A stretch of DNA of 64,000 nt. Source: a bacterium (GTDB taxonomy: Bacteria; Zhuqueibacterota; Zhuqueibacteria; Oceanimicrobiales; Oceanimicrobiaceae). The notes under the pieces are model-generated. The model was not told the DNA's origin and did not search any database. It worked only from the letters and a program-made list of their open reading frames with translations. The stretch covers positions 32,001 to 96,000 of the forward strand of contig JBHHXT010000002.1 of assembly GCA_046757165.1 (NCBI GenBank), given 5' to 3'. Numbering within the stretch: the first letter of the stretch is position 1; each line of letters opens with the position of its first letter. A program made the translations under genes and the position numbers. This document shows positions 39,787 through 49,334 of this stretch, in pieces.

Positions 39787-41113
39787 ACCATCTGTCCGGC
39801 AACTTGGCGTCAGAATCGTGAGTCAAGTTCGCCGGAATGGCCACTATGCAGATACGTTGCTGGAGAAAGCGCTGCGGCAAGGGCGCCTGAGCCAGACAGA
39901 TAAATCGCTTCTGTCGGAGCTGGTCCATGGCACCATTAGACAGCGAGGCTATCTCGATTGGGTCCTGTCGCAACTTTACCGGGGAGATTTTGCCAGGTGC
40001 TCCGTAGAGCTCAAGAGTATTCTCGAGCTGAGCCTGTATCAGCTCGAGTTTCTGGATAAGGTGCCAGGATATGCCGCCGTGTCCGAAGGCGTCGACCTCG
40101 CCAGGCGGAAGGGTGGCGCCAGTTGGGCGGGGCTGGTAAACGGCATACTCCGGAGTTATCTGAGGGAAAAAAAGTCCTTGACGCTGCCATCTGTCGCGGA
40201 CGATCCCGTGCATGCCATTGCAACACGCTATTCGCATCCGGAATGGATGGTCCGGCGGTGGTTGGCACGCTACGGCACAGAAGACACCGTCAGGTACTGT
40301 GAGTACAATAATCGTCGCCCAAAGATTTGCTTGCGTGTAAACACCAGCCGGATCGACAGAGACGGACTCATCGAGCAATTGCACGATTTGGGTCTCGAGG
40401 CGAATCCATCTGAGAATTTTGAGGAGTTTGTGCGACTAGACCGGTTGTATGATCTCACTTCGAGTCAACTTTTTACGCAAGGGTATTTTTCCATCCAGGA
40501 TGAGAGTACGGCAATCTCCTGCAAATTACTTGCGCCTCAAGAAGGTGAGGTGGTCGTGGATCTGTGCGCCGCTCCAGGTGGCAAAACGTGTTATCTGGCA
40601 CACCTGACGAATGATAGAGCTACAATCCTCGCGGTCGATACGAACGTGGAACGTCTGAAGAAGTTAAAGCAGAACACGAGTCGCTTTGGCTTATCGGGTG
40701 TACAACCTTTGCACCAGGACGCCCGTCGTTTGAAAGGGACGAAGGTTGACAGAATCCTCTTGGATGTCCCTTGCTCCGGCCTGGGTGTTCTGTCGCGTCG
40801 GTCGGACCTGCGTTGGCGCCGCAATTTAGAGGAGATAGGGAAGGTGAGCCAACTGCAGCGAGCTCTGCTGGAGAATGCAAGTCAAATCCTGCGGCGCGGG
40901 GGCGTCCTGGTCTACAGCACATGCACGCTGGAACCGGAAGAAACCAGCCTGGCAATCGAGGCATTTCTCGTCGATCATCCCGGGTTTCGGGTCGACAGCG
41001 AGTATGAGTTAGACAAAATCTGCTTCAAGTCGCAGGACGGGTGCTGGCGCTCCCTGCCTTTCTTGCACGATATGGATGGCACCTTTTCAGTGCGTTTGGT
41101 AAGAGAATATTAG
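39773..41113 (+). CDS. rsmB: 16S rRNA m5C967 methyltransferase RsmB/Sun
   Basis: NusB-like N-terminus, YSHPEW, DLCAAPGGKT, DVPCSGLG and YSTCT. Start approximate. Confidence 0.95.
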   Translation: MAQSRPSVRQLGVRIVSQVRRNGHYADTLLEKALRQGRLSQTDKSLLSELVHGTIRQRGYLDWVLSQLYRGDFARCSVELKSILELSLYQLEFLDKVPGYAAVSEGVDLARRKGGASWAGLVNGILRSYLREKKSLTLPSVADDPVHAIATRYSHPEWMVRRWLARYGTEDTVRYCEYNNRRPKICLRVNTSRIDRDGLIEQLHDLGLEANPSENFEEFVRLDRLYDLTSSQLFTQGYFSIQDESTAISCKLLAPQEGEVVVDLCAAPGGKTCYLAHLTNDRATILAVDTNVERLKKLKQNTSRFGLSGVQPLHQDARRLKGTKVDRILLDVPCSGLGVLSRRSDLRWRRNLEEIGKVSQLQRALLENASQILRRGGVLVYSTCTLEPEETSLAIEAFLVDHPGFRVDSEYELDKICFKSQDGCWRSLPFLHDMDGTFSVRLVREY

Positions 41114-41136
41114 TTGGACAGGATTAGGACAACGCC

Positions 41137-41904
41137 ATGGCTACAGCTAGAGTTATTCTAAGGAAGATTTTCACACGAAAACGAGTGTTTGTCGCATCTA
41201 TCCTCTTTGGTATTCTTGTGGGCTTGGGCCTCCTGCTGGATGAGGTGATCATGCCGTGGTACACCAAACATGGTGAGGCACTCGAGGTCCCGAACATCGT
41301 GGCCAAACGGTATGAAGTTGCCCAGGAGGTGCTGGAAATGCAGGGTCTGGAGGCTGTGAAAGCCGGGGAAAAAACGGATCCCAACCTGCCTTTCGGATAC
41401 GTCATCGAGCAGAATCCGGCCCCGAACCGGCTGGTCAAGAAGGGGCGGCGCGTCTACCTGACCATCAGTGTTGGCGAGCGAGAGGTGCTGGTCCCGAACC
41501 TGGTTGGCTTGTCTGAAAAGAATGCCGGAGAACGGCTGAAGAGTCTCGGTCTGCGTTTTGGGGAGATCGACTATGTTTACAAGCCGAACGAGGTCAAGGA
41601 CGTTGTTCTCGCGCAGTCCCCGGAGGCAAACGCCCTGGTCACTGCGAGCTCTGCGATTGATCTGACAGTCAGCCTTGGGGAACCGACTGAAAACGTGACC
41701 GTGCCTTCCGTGTTGGGAAAAAACCTCGAAGTCGCAGAACGCGAAATCAAAAAGGCCGGCCTGACCATGGGAGCGATTGCATACAGGGTGAGCGATCAGG
41801 TTCTGCCCAACACGATCATTGATCAATCCATCGCCGCGGGCCAGGTGGTTGAGCATGGTGACACCCTCAATTTGGTCGTCACCGTCGTCTCGCAGCCGGA
41901 GTAG
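41137..41904 (+). CDS. PASTA-domain membrane protein
   Basis: N-terminal TM and three VP.xxG...Q.P repeats. Confidence 0.88.
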   Translation: MATARVILRKIFTRKRVFVASILFGILVGLGLLLDEVIMPWYTKHGEALEVPNIVAKRYEVAQEVLEMQGLEAVKAGEKTDPNLPFGYVIEQNPAPNRLVKKGRRVYLTISVGEREVLVPNLVGLSEKNAGERLKSLGLRFGEIDYVYKPNEVKDVVLAQSPEANALVTASSAIDLTVSLGEPTENVTVPSVLGKNLEVAEREIKKAGLTMGAIAYRVSDQVLPNTIIDQSIAAGQVVEHGDTLNLVVTVVSQPE

Positions 41905-41912
41905 TCGTCGCC

Positions 41913-42578
41913 ATGATCATTCTTGCCCCATCCATCCTTGCCGCTGATTTTGCCTGTCTAAAAGATCAACTCCAGGTCGCCGAAGAGGCTGGAGCAGACT
42001 GGTTCCATCTCGACATTATGGACGGCCACTTTGTGCCAAACATATCCTTTGGTCCCCTGGTGGTCGAAGCTGTTCGAAAAATGACTGAGAAATGCGTCGA
42101 CGTGCATTTGATGGTGGAGAATCCAGATGCACACATTCCTCAATTCGTTGATGCGGGAGCGGATATCCTGACCGTGCATGTTGAAGCCACCCGGCATCTC
42201 CACCGAACGGTCTCCTTGATCCGGGAGCATGGCGTGAAAGCCGGTATCGCGTTCAATCCCGCCACGCCGGTTTCTTTTCTTGCGCCGATCATCGATCGAG
42301 TCGATCTGGTCCTGGTCATGAGCGTAAATCCCGGCTTCGGAGGGCAAACATTCATCAGAGGGGTGCTGCAAAAGATTGGAAGGATCGCAGTGGCCATCGC
42401 ACAATCGGGTCGCGAAATATACCTTGAAGTAGATGGAGGGGTGGACGTCACAACCGCTCCGGGGGTGGTTCAGGCCGGAGGGAACGTTCTCGTAGCAGGT
42501 TCGGCTGTGTTTGGTGCCCCCAACATTGGCAAAGCAATTGCTGATTTGAAAAAGAGTTATAGCGGTCAAGAGATCTGA
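41913..42578 (+). CDS. rpe: Ribulose-phosphate 3-epimerase
   Basis: PSILAADF, HLDIMDGHFVPN, MSVNPGFGGQ and EVDGG. Confidence 0.97.
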   Translation: MIILAPSILAADFACLKDQLQVAEEAGADWFHLDIMDGHFVPNISFGPLVVEAVRKMTEKCVDVHLMVENPDAHIPQFVDAGADILTVHVEATRHLHRTVSLIREHGVKAGIAFNPATPVSFLAPIIDRVDLVLVMSVNPGFGGQTFIRGVLQKIGRIAVAIAQSGREIYLEVDGGVDVTTAPGVVQAGGNVLVAGSAVFGAPNIGKAIADLKKSYSGQEI

Positions 42579-42605
42579 TTTTTCAGAAGGCTTACGGAAA
42601 ATGAC

Positions 42606-42634
42606 TTGACATAAATCAATCAAATAGTTATCTT
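42606..42634 (+). promoter_or_regulatory. sigma70-type promoter of the cold-shock gene
   Basis: TTGACA-N17-TATCTT. Confidence 0.65.
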
Positions 42635-42678
42635 TTCATAAATTATGTAATTCTGTTTTCTAGGAGGAGGAAGTAAAA

Positions 42679-42879
42679 ATGGCTAAAGGTCGTGTAAAGT
42701 GGTTTAATGACCATAAGGGCTATGGCTTCATCGAACAGGAGTCTGGCGAAGATGTGTTTGTGCACTTTTCTGTGATAGAGATGGAAGGTTACAAGACACT
42801 TCAAGAAGGAGCAGAGGTCGAGTTTGAATGTGTTTCAGGCGAAAAAGGGTTGCAGGCAACCAAAGTTGTTCAAGCTTAG
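42679..42879 (+). CDS. Cold-shock protein (CspA family)
   Basis: GRVKWFN, KGYGFI (RNP1) and VFVHFS (RNP2); SD AGGAGG. Confidence 0.97.
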   Translation: MAKGRVKWFNDHKGYGFIEQESGEDVFVHFSVIEMEGYKTLQEGAEVEFECVSGEKGLQATKVVQA

Positions 42880-42926
42880 ATGCTTGGCACCCAGTAACCG
42901 ACAAAAGCAAAACAGAACAACAGCCT

Positions 42927-42957
42927 AACCCCGATAACCATCGGGGTTTTGTTTATT
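42927..42957 (+). terminator. Rho-independent terminator
   Basis: AACCCCGAT-AACC-ATCGGGGTT followed by TTGTTTATT. Confidence 0.75.
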
Positions 42958-42984
42958 CAGTTTGATTTTTGAGGAGTAAAAACT

Positions 42985-43419
42985 GTGAAAATCACCAAAA
43001 AGGACATTGACAAAATAGCCAGTGCGTTAGGTGTAGAAGCTAAGTCGATGGGCAACAATTATCGATTGGTTCTGGAAAACAAGGAAGACGGCCGGAAACT
43101 TTCCCTGGAAATTTATCCCGATATTCCAATTGGAAATGAGACAGGCAATTTGATCAGCGTTTATACACACAACAGCCATCTGCAGCTCCACTTTTGCAGC
43201 GGCTATGTTGTCAGCGAAATGCTGGGGGAAGTGACGTTCATTGGAGAGCATCAAGGACGTTTATCCGGCCTCATCATTGAGAAGGAAGCCGGCTGTTCAC
43301 TCTACGCCAACGTGAACGCAAGCTTATTGTCCGGTGATTTTACGAAGCTCGGCCCTGAAGTCATGCTCTCAGGTATTGCATTGTCATTGACTGAGGGAAT
43401 TCTTCCTGGAAGCAGTTAG
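42985..43419 (+). CDS. Hypothetical protein
   Basis: 144-aa ORF with SD GAGGAG, co-oriented and filling the gap before xerD; no motif recognised. Confidence 0.7.
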   Translation: MKITKKDIDKIASALGVEAKSMGNNYRLVLENKEDGRKLSLEIYPDIPIGNETGNLISVYTHNSHLQLHFCSGYVVSEMLGEVTFIGEHQGRLSGLIIEKEAGCSLYANVNASLLSGDFTKLGPEVMLSGIALSLTEGILPGSS

Positions 43420-43453
43420 CAGCAACGTCATGGATTCGCCTTGCGACCCGATC

Positions 43454-44401
43454 ATGAAAGACACTCTGCAGGAGTTCCTGAGTTTTCTTCGCATAGAAAA
43501 AAATGCCGCCAGCAATACCATAAACTCCTACCGTCACGACCTGAAGCGCTACATTCAGTTATTGCAAGAGCAAAGTCTCGAACGTTTCGAGGATGTCGAG
43601 CCGCACCACATCCTTGATGCGCTCGCAAGACTGAGTGACAAGCAGTTGGCGGCAACGACTCAAGCCAGAAACTTATCCGCAATTAGAATGTTCCATCAAT
43701 TCCTGGTACGGGAAGGGCTTGCAGAAACAAATCCGGCGAGCTTGGTCAATTTTCCCAGGTTGAAGAAATATCTGCCACACGCCCTCAACCAGCATGAAAT
43801 AGAATCGATTCTCAATCAGCCAGATGTGTCGACACCCAAAGGGCTGCGAGACAAAGCCATGCTGGAATTTCTGTATGCCGCAGGCCTCAGAATCTCGGAG
43901 TTGTTGGCCATGCGGCTGCCCAATCTATTCTTTGACGAAGGATTCATTCGAGTTCTGGGCAAAGGGAGCAAAGAGCGAATCGTCCCCATTGGGCAGCAGG
44001 CTATCGATTGCACCAAACTGTACCTGAGCAAGGTGAGACCGGTCATTGCAAGACCGTCGAAAAGTTCGAGCTTCGTCTTCCTGAATTGGCGTGGTGGGCA
44101 ACTGAGTCGGATGGGGTTCTGGAAGATCCTCAAACAGTACGTGGCAATGACTGGAACTGACAGAAGGATTTCCCCCCACACGTTTCGCCACTCATTCGCG
44201 ACGCACTTGATAGAAGGGGGGGCGGACCTCAGGGCCGTGCAGGAAATGCTCGGTCATGCTGACATCTCAACAACGCAAATCTACACGCATCTCGACAGGG
44301 AATATTTGAAGGAAGTGCATCGCAGTTTTCATCCAAGAGAAAAATATGGAGATTCAGGTTTAGATGCCTGCAACACCGACAAGTCGTCCGATTCTTCGTG
44401 A
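43454..44401 (+). CDS. xerD: Site-specific tyrosine recombinase XerD
   Basis: RDKAMLEFLYAAGLRISEL, GKGSKER, SPHTFRHSFATHL and LGHADISTTQIYTH; XerD-like SRMGFWK. Confidence 0.93.
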   Translation: MKDTLQEFLSFLRIEKNAASNTINSYRHDLKRYIQLLQEQSLERFEDVEPHHILDALARLSDKQLAATTQARNLSAIRMFHQFLVREGLAETNPASLVNFPRLKKYLPHALNQHEIESILNQPDVSTPKGLRDKAMLEFLYAAGLRISELLAMRLPNLFFDEGFIRVLGKGSKERIVPIGQQAIDCTKLYLSKVRPVIARPSKSSSFVFLNWRGGQLSRMGFWKILKQYVAMTGTDRRISPHTFRHSFATHLIEGGADLRAVQEMLGHADISTTQIYTHLDREYLKEVHRSFHPREKYGDSGLDACNTDKSSDSS

Positions 44402-45188
44402 GGAGATTGAGCCTTTGCTGGGGAACAAGTTGATCGGCAGGACGCTCCTTGCTTTCAACAAGTTAGGTTCGAGCAACGAGGTCGCCAAGAGACTGGCCAA
44501 AAAGCAAGCATCCGAGGGGACGACTATCCTGGCTGAGCAACAAACTGGCGGGAGAGGACGGCAACAAAAAAAATGGTTCTCCCCTCCGTCCACCGGGCTC
44601 TGGTTCTCTGTTATTCTCAAACCTCAGTGCCATCTTGACCGACTGGGACTTATCTCATTGCTAGCCTGTGTCGCGGTCTCCGATGCCGTGAAATCAGAGT
44701 TGGGTCTCCGCCTGGCTCACAAATGGCCAAATGATCTCCTGAGCCACTCCAGGAAAGTGTGCGGTATCCTCATTGAGACAGAGTTCACCAGTCAGAAATT
44801 GTCGCATCTGGTCTTAGGGATAGGCATAAATGTGAACCAAATGGCGGCGGATTTTCCTGAAGAACTGATGGACACGGCGACATCCCTCAGAATGGAAACC
44901 GGAGTGCTGGTCGACCGCCGCAGACTCCTTATCGCCGTATTGCGTGCGCTCGAGAAGTGCTATCTCAATTTTCTGCAACGTCGATTCGACTTGATCCTAA
45001 GAAAATGGAGGGATGGCTGCCCTTTCTTTCAAAGGACGATTTCAGTCGCCACGGATGGTGGCCGAGTCGAAGGCCTATTGGAAGATATCGATGAATTTGG
45101 CAGACTTTGTCTCCGCCTGCCATCTGAAAGAACTATCGTTCTCAGCGTGGGCGATATACTCCTCCGCAACATGGAGGCAATACGGTAA
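44364..45188 (+). CDS. birA: Biotin--acetyl-CoA-carboxylase ligase (no HTH)
   Basis: EQQTGGRGR, KWPND, KVCGILIE and GIGINVN. Confidence 0.93.
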   Translation: MPATPTSRPILREEIEPLLGNKLIGRTLLAFNKLGSSNEVAKRLAKKQASEGTTILAEQQTGGRGRQQKKWFSPPSTGLWFSVILKPQCHLDRLGLISLLACVAVSDAVKSELGLRLAHKWPNDLLSHSRKVCGILIETEFTSQKLSHLVLGIGINVNQMAADFPEELMDTATSLRMETGVLVDRRRLLIAVLRALEKCYLNFLQRRFDLILRKWRDGCPFFQRTISVATDGGRVEGLLEDIDEFGRLCLRLPSERTIVLSVGDILLRNMEAIR

Positions 45189-45307
45189 ATTTTCCACCTC
45201 GATGGCCATTTTTCAGCCACTCTTGCAGGCCTCAGCGCGATGTGTCACCCGACACGAGTTCGGATAACGCCAATAAACACAATGTCATGTTGCTAAGCAG
45301 CAAAGGT

Positions 45308-45323
45308 AGGCACGTTCGTTGCA
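45308..45323 (+). promoter_or_regulatory. sigma54 (-24/-12) promoter
   Basis: AGGCACG-TTCG-TTGCA with exact spacing, about 50 bp before the activator ATG; palindrome GTGTC-ACCC-GACAC at 45242-45255 upstream. Confidence 0.65.
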
Positions 45324-45373
45324 GTTAGAAAAGATGCGGAGTTGTGCCCTTTTGAAATCACAAGCGTGATGCC

Positions 45374-46762
45374 ATGTACATACCCAGCATTCTTGTCGTT
45401 GATGACGAACCCATGATAAGTGGGATGTTGCAGGACGCCTTGAGCAAGAAAAACTACGAGGTCCGTGTCGCCGGTACTGGCAAGGCTGCTGTGGCCGCGC
45501 TGAAAGAACGGCAGTTTGATTTGGTCATCACAGACGTGTATTTGCCGGATTTGAACGGTATCGAAATCCTCAAGCGAGCCAAACAGATCGAGCCTAGCAC
45601 CGGGGTGATTGTCATCACTGCTCACAGTTCTGTGGAAAGCGCGGTCAAGGCGATGAAAATAGGTGCCTATGACTACCTCACGAAGGGATTCTCCCTGGCT
45701 GAAATCGAAGTCACCGTGGAAAAGTTTTTTAAGTACCAGCGTCTTGTTAAAGAAAACGAACTGTTGCGGTCCGAATTGGGTTCACGGTATGGGATCGAAA
45801 ACATCATAGGCAACAGCGGTGAGATGCAAAACGTCTTTGAGATTGTGGAAATGGTGGCGCCGACAAATGCGACGGTACTGGTCCAGGGCGCTAGCGGCAC
45901 GGGAAAAGAGCTCATTGCAAAAGCAATTCACCAGAAGAGCCCGCGACGCCAAAGATCTCTGGTGAAGACAAATTGCGCGGCAATCCCGGAAGGCCTGATG
46001 GAAAGCGAACTGTTTGGCCACGAAAAGGGGGCCTTTACAGGAGCTCTCCGCACGACAAAGGGACGGTTCGAACTGGCCGACGGCGGCACGCTGCTGCTCG
46101 ATGAGATTAGCGAAGTCAAGCTTACTCTGCAGGCCAAGTTGTTGCGAGTTCTGCAGGAAAAGGAGTTTGAGAAGGTAGGCAATCCAGAAAGTATGCACGT
46201 CAATGTCAGAATCATCGCCACCACAAACCGTGACCTGAAACAGGAGGTGGAAAAGGGAACCTTCAGGGAAGATTTGTTTTACCGGCTGAACGTTGTCCCG
46301 ATACATCTGCCAAGTTTGAGGGAACGGAAAGAGGATATACCGCTGCTGGTGGAGCACTTCATTGAAAAATATGCGAAAGAAAACACTCGTCCCATAATCG
46401 GCATAGAGGATAATGCGCTGAGTCATTTGCTGCAATATGACTGGCCAGGCAACGTTAGAGAACTTGAAAACACCATAGAGCGCGCTGTGGTGATTTGCAA
46501 AGACAAATACATACAGCTAAGACATCTCTATTTCGGAGATCAGGAAAGAAGTATCAACAAGAACCGCAAACCTGCCGTCACGCTGCCCAGCGGGATGACT
46601 TTGAAAGAAATGGAAAGACAGCTCATTCTACAGACCTTGAATGAGCAAAATGGGAACCGTACGTGGACATCTCAAAAACTTGGGATAAGCGTGCGGACTC
46701 TCCGGAACAAACTGCAGGAATACAGAAAGAAGAATTCCTCTAATGAGAACGGCAGTGGGTAG
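45374..46762 (+). CDS. sigma54-dependent response regulator (REC-AAA+-HTH), FlgR/FlrC/FlbD-like
   Basis: Receiver domain; GASGTGKE, ESELFGHEKGAFTGA, FREDLFYRL and WPGNVRELEN; HTH LGISVRTLRNKLQEY resembles that of flagellar activators. Confidence 0.9.
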   Translation: MYIPSILVVDDEPMISGMLQDALSKKNYEVRVAGTGKAAVAALKERQFDLVITDVYLPDLNGIEILKRAKQIEPSTGVIVITAHSSVESAVKAMKIGAYDYLTKGFSLAEIEVTVEKFFKYQRLVKENELLRSELGSRYGIENIIGNSGEMQNVFEIVEMVAPTNATVLVQGASGTGKELIAKAIHQKSPRRQRSLVKTNCAAIPEGLMESELFGHEKGAFTGALRTTKGRFELADGGTLLLDEISEVKLTLQAKLLRVLQEKEFEKVGNPESMHVNVRIIATTNRDLKQEVEKGTFREDLFYRLNVVPIHLPSLRERKEDIPLLVEHFIEKYAKENTRPIIGIEDNALSHLLQYDWPGNVRELENTIERAVVICKDKYIQLRHLYFGDQERSINKNRKPAVTLPSGMTLKEMERQLILQTLNEQNGNRTWTSQKLGISVRTLRNKLQEYRKKNSSNENGSG

Positions 46763-46974
46763 GAAAATCTGTGCCTGATTAGGCAATTCTTTCCGCCTAC
46801 GAGTGCTCCCACAGAGTCCCATCGAATCAGCCCTGAGTCACGCGCGTGTCAACGACTCGGGGGTTCAACATGTTCATAAGTAGTTGTTTTGATGACATCT
46901 AAAGATGCACTGCTCTTCACTCCGACCGCTAACATAGAGATGCGAAACCGGTGGACAAAGGCGGAACCCTTGCA

Positions 46975-46990
46975 TGGCATGGATGTTGCA
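46975..46990 (+). promoter_or_regulatory. sigma54 (-24/-12) promoter for fliA
   Basis: TGGCATG-GATG-TTGCA; IHF-like TAAGTAGTTGTTT at 46877-46889; paired GGAAA..TGCC-like boxes at 46761-46798. Confidence 0.75.
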
Positions 46991-47047
46991 AATCGTGGAT
47001 GGCGTCCTGAGTCCTGGGTGTTCCCAGAATTAATTGGAGTGAGTGGC

Positions 47048-47815
47048 ATGAAGGCATCCTCGTACAACTACAACCTATGGAAAGAGTACACAACTCACCG
47101 AAGTCCCAAGATAAGAGAAAAACTGCTGGTTCAATACTTGCCACTAGTCAAATATGTGGCAGGAAAGATGATGTTTTCGTTGCCCACTTGTGTTGATTAC
47201 AACGATTTACTCAGTGCCGGTGTGATGGGGTTGATCGGCGCCCTGGAACGATTCAAGCCCGAGCAAGGGGTTAAGTTCGAGACTTTTGTTCTTCCCAGGA
47301 TAAAGGGCGCCATCCTCGATGAACTCAGAACGCTAGATTGGGCGCCACGCTCATTGCGCTCTAAGGCGAGGTTGGTTGAAAAGGTAAGTGAGCAGTTGGA
47401 GAAAGACTTAGGACGCACGGCAAGCAGTTATGAAATTGCAAACAAGCTAAACATGGACGTCGGAGAGTATGGTGGGGTTTTGATGGAGCTATCTAAAGCC
47501 TCGCTACTTTCCCTGGACGGCAGCAGGGTGGAGGAAAGTGAGCAGTTGACCTCCATGTACGATCTACTAGAAAATCCACAATCTGACAACCCGCTGCGAA
47601 GTCTGGAAAACACCGAGTTGAAGGGATTGTTGATCAAGGCCATCGAGCATCTCAATGAGCAGGAAAAGATCGTGATGGCCTTGTACTATTATGAGGAACT
47701 AACTCTAAAGGAGATCGGGCAGGTTCTAAATATCACGGAATCCAGAGTTTCACAGATTCATAGCAAGGCTCTCGAGACGCTCAAGAGTTCCTTGGAGTCA
47801 GAGGTATTGAATTAG
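47048..47815 (+). CDS. fliA: RNA polymerase sigma-28 factor FliA/WhiG
   Basis: YLPLVKYVAG, GVKFETF..RIKGAILDELR.LDW.PRS.R and LYYYEELTLKEIGQVLNITESRVSQIHSKA; ATG 47048 after GGAG. Confidence 0.95.
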   Translation: MKASSYNYNLWKEYTTHRSPKIREKLLVQYLPLVKYVAGKMMFSLPTCVDYNDLLSAGVMGLIGALERFKPEQGVKFETFVLPRIKGAILDELRTLDWAPRSLRSKARLVEKVSEQLEKDLGRTASSYEIANKLNMDVGEYGGVLMELSKASLLSLDGSRVEESEQLTSMYDLLENPQSDNPLRSLENTELKGLLIKAIEHLNEQEKIVMALYYYEELTLKEIGQVLNITESRVSQIHSKALETLKSSLESEVLN

Positions 47816-47830
47816 CCGCACGGATTTGGT

Positions 47831-48310
47831 ATGTCCCAGAGCAATTCCCACACAGAGAGAACTTGGGCCAGGATTCTTAACAACTTCATGGATGAGTTGA
47901 AGCAAAGCGTTGATTATGACTCCGGCAGCCTTTTTGTTTTTGAAAATAAATCACAAACGCTAAAGGAAGTGGCCAAAAAAGGAGAGGGAATCGATTTTAT
48001 CAGTTCAATTAATTTCCCACTGGGTAATGGCTTGTCTGCGTGGGTTGCGCAAAAGGGTAAGATGGTTTATCTGCCGGACATTCATCGCGGTAGCCGTCAC
48101 GGGTTGAATCCTGTACGGTCCTACTTGTCCATGCCTCTGGAAATCAACAACAGAATCATAGGCGTGCTAAATCTTGGCCACGTTGTCCCTAACGCCTTCA
48201 ACGACCGCGAGCAGGAAAGGATATATGCCGCCGCAAAGGAAATCACCCGCAAAATTTACAATCATAGGTATTTGAGTTTCATAGCACATGAAGACCATTT
48301 TGCTAATTGA
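47831..48310 (+). CDS. Stand-alone GAF domain protein
   Basis: GNGLSAWVAQKG and RSYLSMPLEINNRIIGVLNL. Confidence 0.8.
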   Translation: MSQSNSHTERTWARILNNFMDELKQSVDYDSGSLFVFENKSQTLKEVAKKGEGIDFISSINFPLGNGLSAWVAQKGKMVYLPDIHRGSRHGLNPVRSYLSMPLEINNRIIGVLNLGHVVPNAFNDREQERIYAAAKEITRKIYNHRYLSFIAHEDHFAN

Positions 48311-49316
48311 TGATGACAAGGATATTCACGTCCAGGCCCGGGCTGTCATCGAAAAGGCGGGGTACCGGTTAATATCGGCCTTTGGTGGCGATGACGGCAT
48401 AAAGAAGGCTGGCAAGAGAACGCCAGAGCTTGTTATTTTGGACTATTTCATGCCGGACAAGAACGGTCTGCATGTGTACCTGGAGCTTCGGCAAGAAACT
48501 CAACTGCAAGATGTTCCAGTCGTAATGTTCACCAGCGCGGACCATTCGGACCTTGAAGTCAAGAAACTACTCGAAAGCGGTTTGAATGCCTATTTGCGAA
48601 AGCCGTTCGGACCCACTGAACTTTTGAGCGTTATTCAGAATGTGCTGGTTACTAACGAAATCAATTTAAAAAACAAAGAGTTAAGGAAAACCCTTGAAAC
48701 CAGCAGAAACTTCTTGGAGAATCTGATTGAGAGTTGTCCTGTCGTAATCTTGACCTCAGACCATCATGGAATCATTAAGTATGTCAACAAGACGGTTGAA
48801 TCCATACTTGACTACGAAGCTGATGAGCTTGTTGGCAGCCGACTCTCGGATTTCGTGGGAGAGGATGTCTTCTCGATTTTCCAGCCTGGTGACCAGCAGA
48901 AAACGGTTGTCTATGACATTGCGTGTAAAGGCGGCAAGTTTGTGCCTGTTGGCTTCACATATTCTCATCTGAGAGATTACCACGGTGAGCTTCAGGGGCT
49001 GTTGGCCGTTGGCCAGGACCTGTCCGCCCAAAAGCAATTGGAAAAAGAACTTCTGGAAAAGGAAAGGCTGGCAGCCATCACAGAGTCCATTGCGACCATC
49101 AACCACAAGATCAACAACCCACTCACACCGATCCTGGGAAACATTCAGTTGATCCGGCAAGATGAAGCGCAGTTCCAGGAAAGTCACAAAGAAAAGCTAG
49201 AAATCATCGAGACGAACGCACGAAAAATATGTGAAGTAATAAAAAGCTTCAATCAACTCACAAATCCAATTTCAACAAAATATTACCGGGATTCAAATCT
49301 AATTGAGTTTTCATAA
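48288..49316 (+). CDS. REC-PAS-HisKA signalling protein lacking the HATPase domain
   Basis: ILLIDDD, LDYFMP and LRKP; PAS (YVNKTVESILDY.ADELVG); H-box INHKINNPL; ORF ends about 70 aa later with no N/G boxes. Confidence 0.8.
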   Translation: MKTILLIDDDKDIHVQARAVIEKAGYRLISAFGGDDGIKKAGKRTPELVILDYFMPDKNGLHVYLELRQETQLQDVPVVMFTSADHSDLEVKKLLESGLNAYLRKPFGPTELLSVIQNVLVTNEINLKNKELRKTLETSRNFLENLIESCPVVILTSDHHGIIKYVNKTVESILDYEADELVGSRLSDFVGEDVFSIFQPGDQQKTVVYDIACKGGKFVPVGFTYSHLRDYHGELQGLLAVGQDLSAQKQLEKELLEKERLAAITESIATINHKINNPLTPILGNIQLIRQDEAQFQESHKEKLEIIETNARKICEVIKSFNQLTNPISTKYYRDSNLIEFS

Positions 49317-49334
49317 TGCAACAGGGTAGTTGAT

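Noticed and set aside
42909..42937. sigma28 promoter (CCCGATAA)
   Set aside because: The motif is part of the csp terminator stem and has no proper -35 element.
43454..44401. Tyrosine recombinase as a prophage or island integrase
   Set aside because: Size, motifs and housekeeping context fit chromosomal XerD; no phage genes or att repeats were seen.
46889..47047. 53-aa N-terminal extension of FliA in the ORF track
   Set aside because: It overlaps the sigma54 promoter and has no sigma-like sequence; ATG 47048 has an SD.
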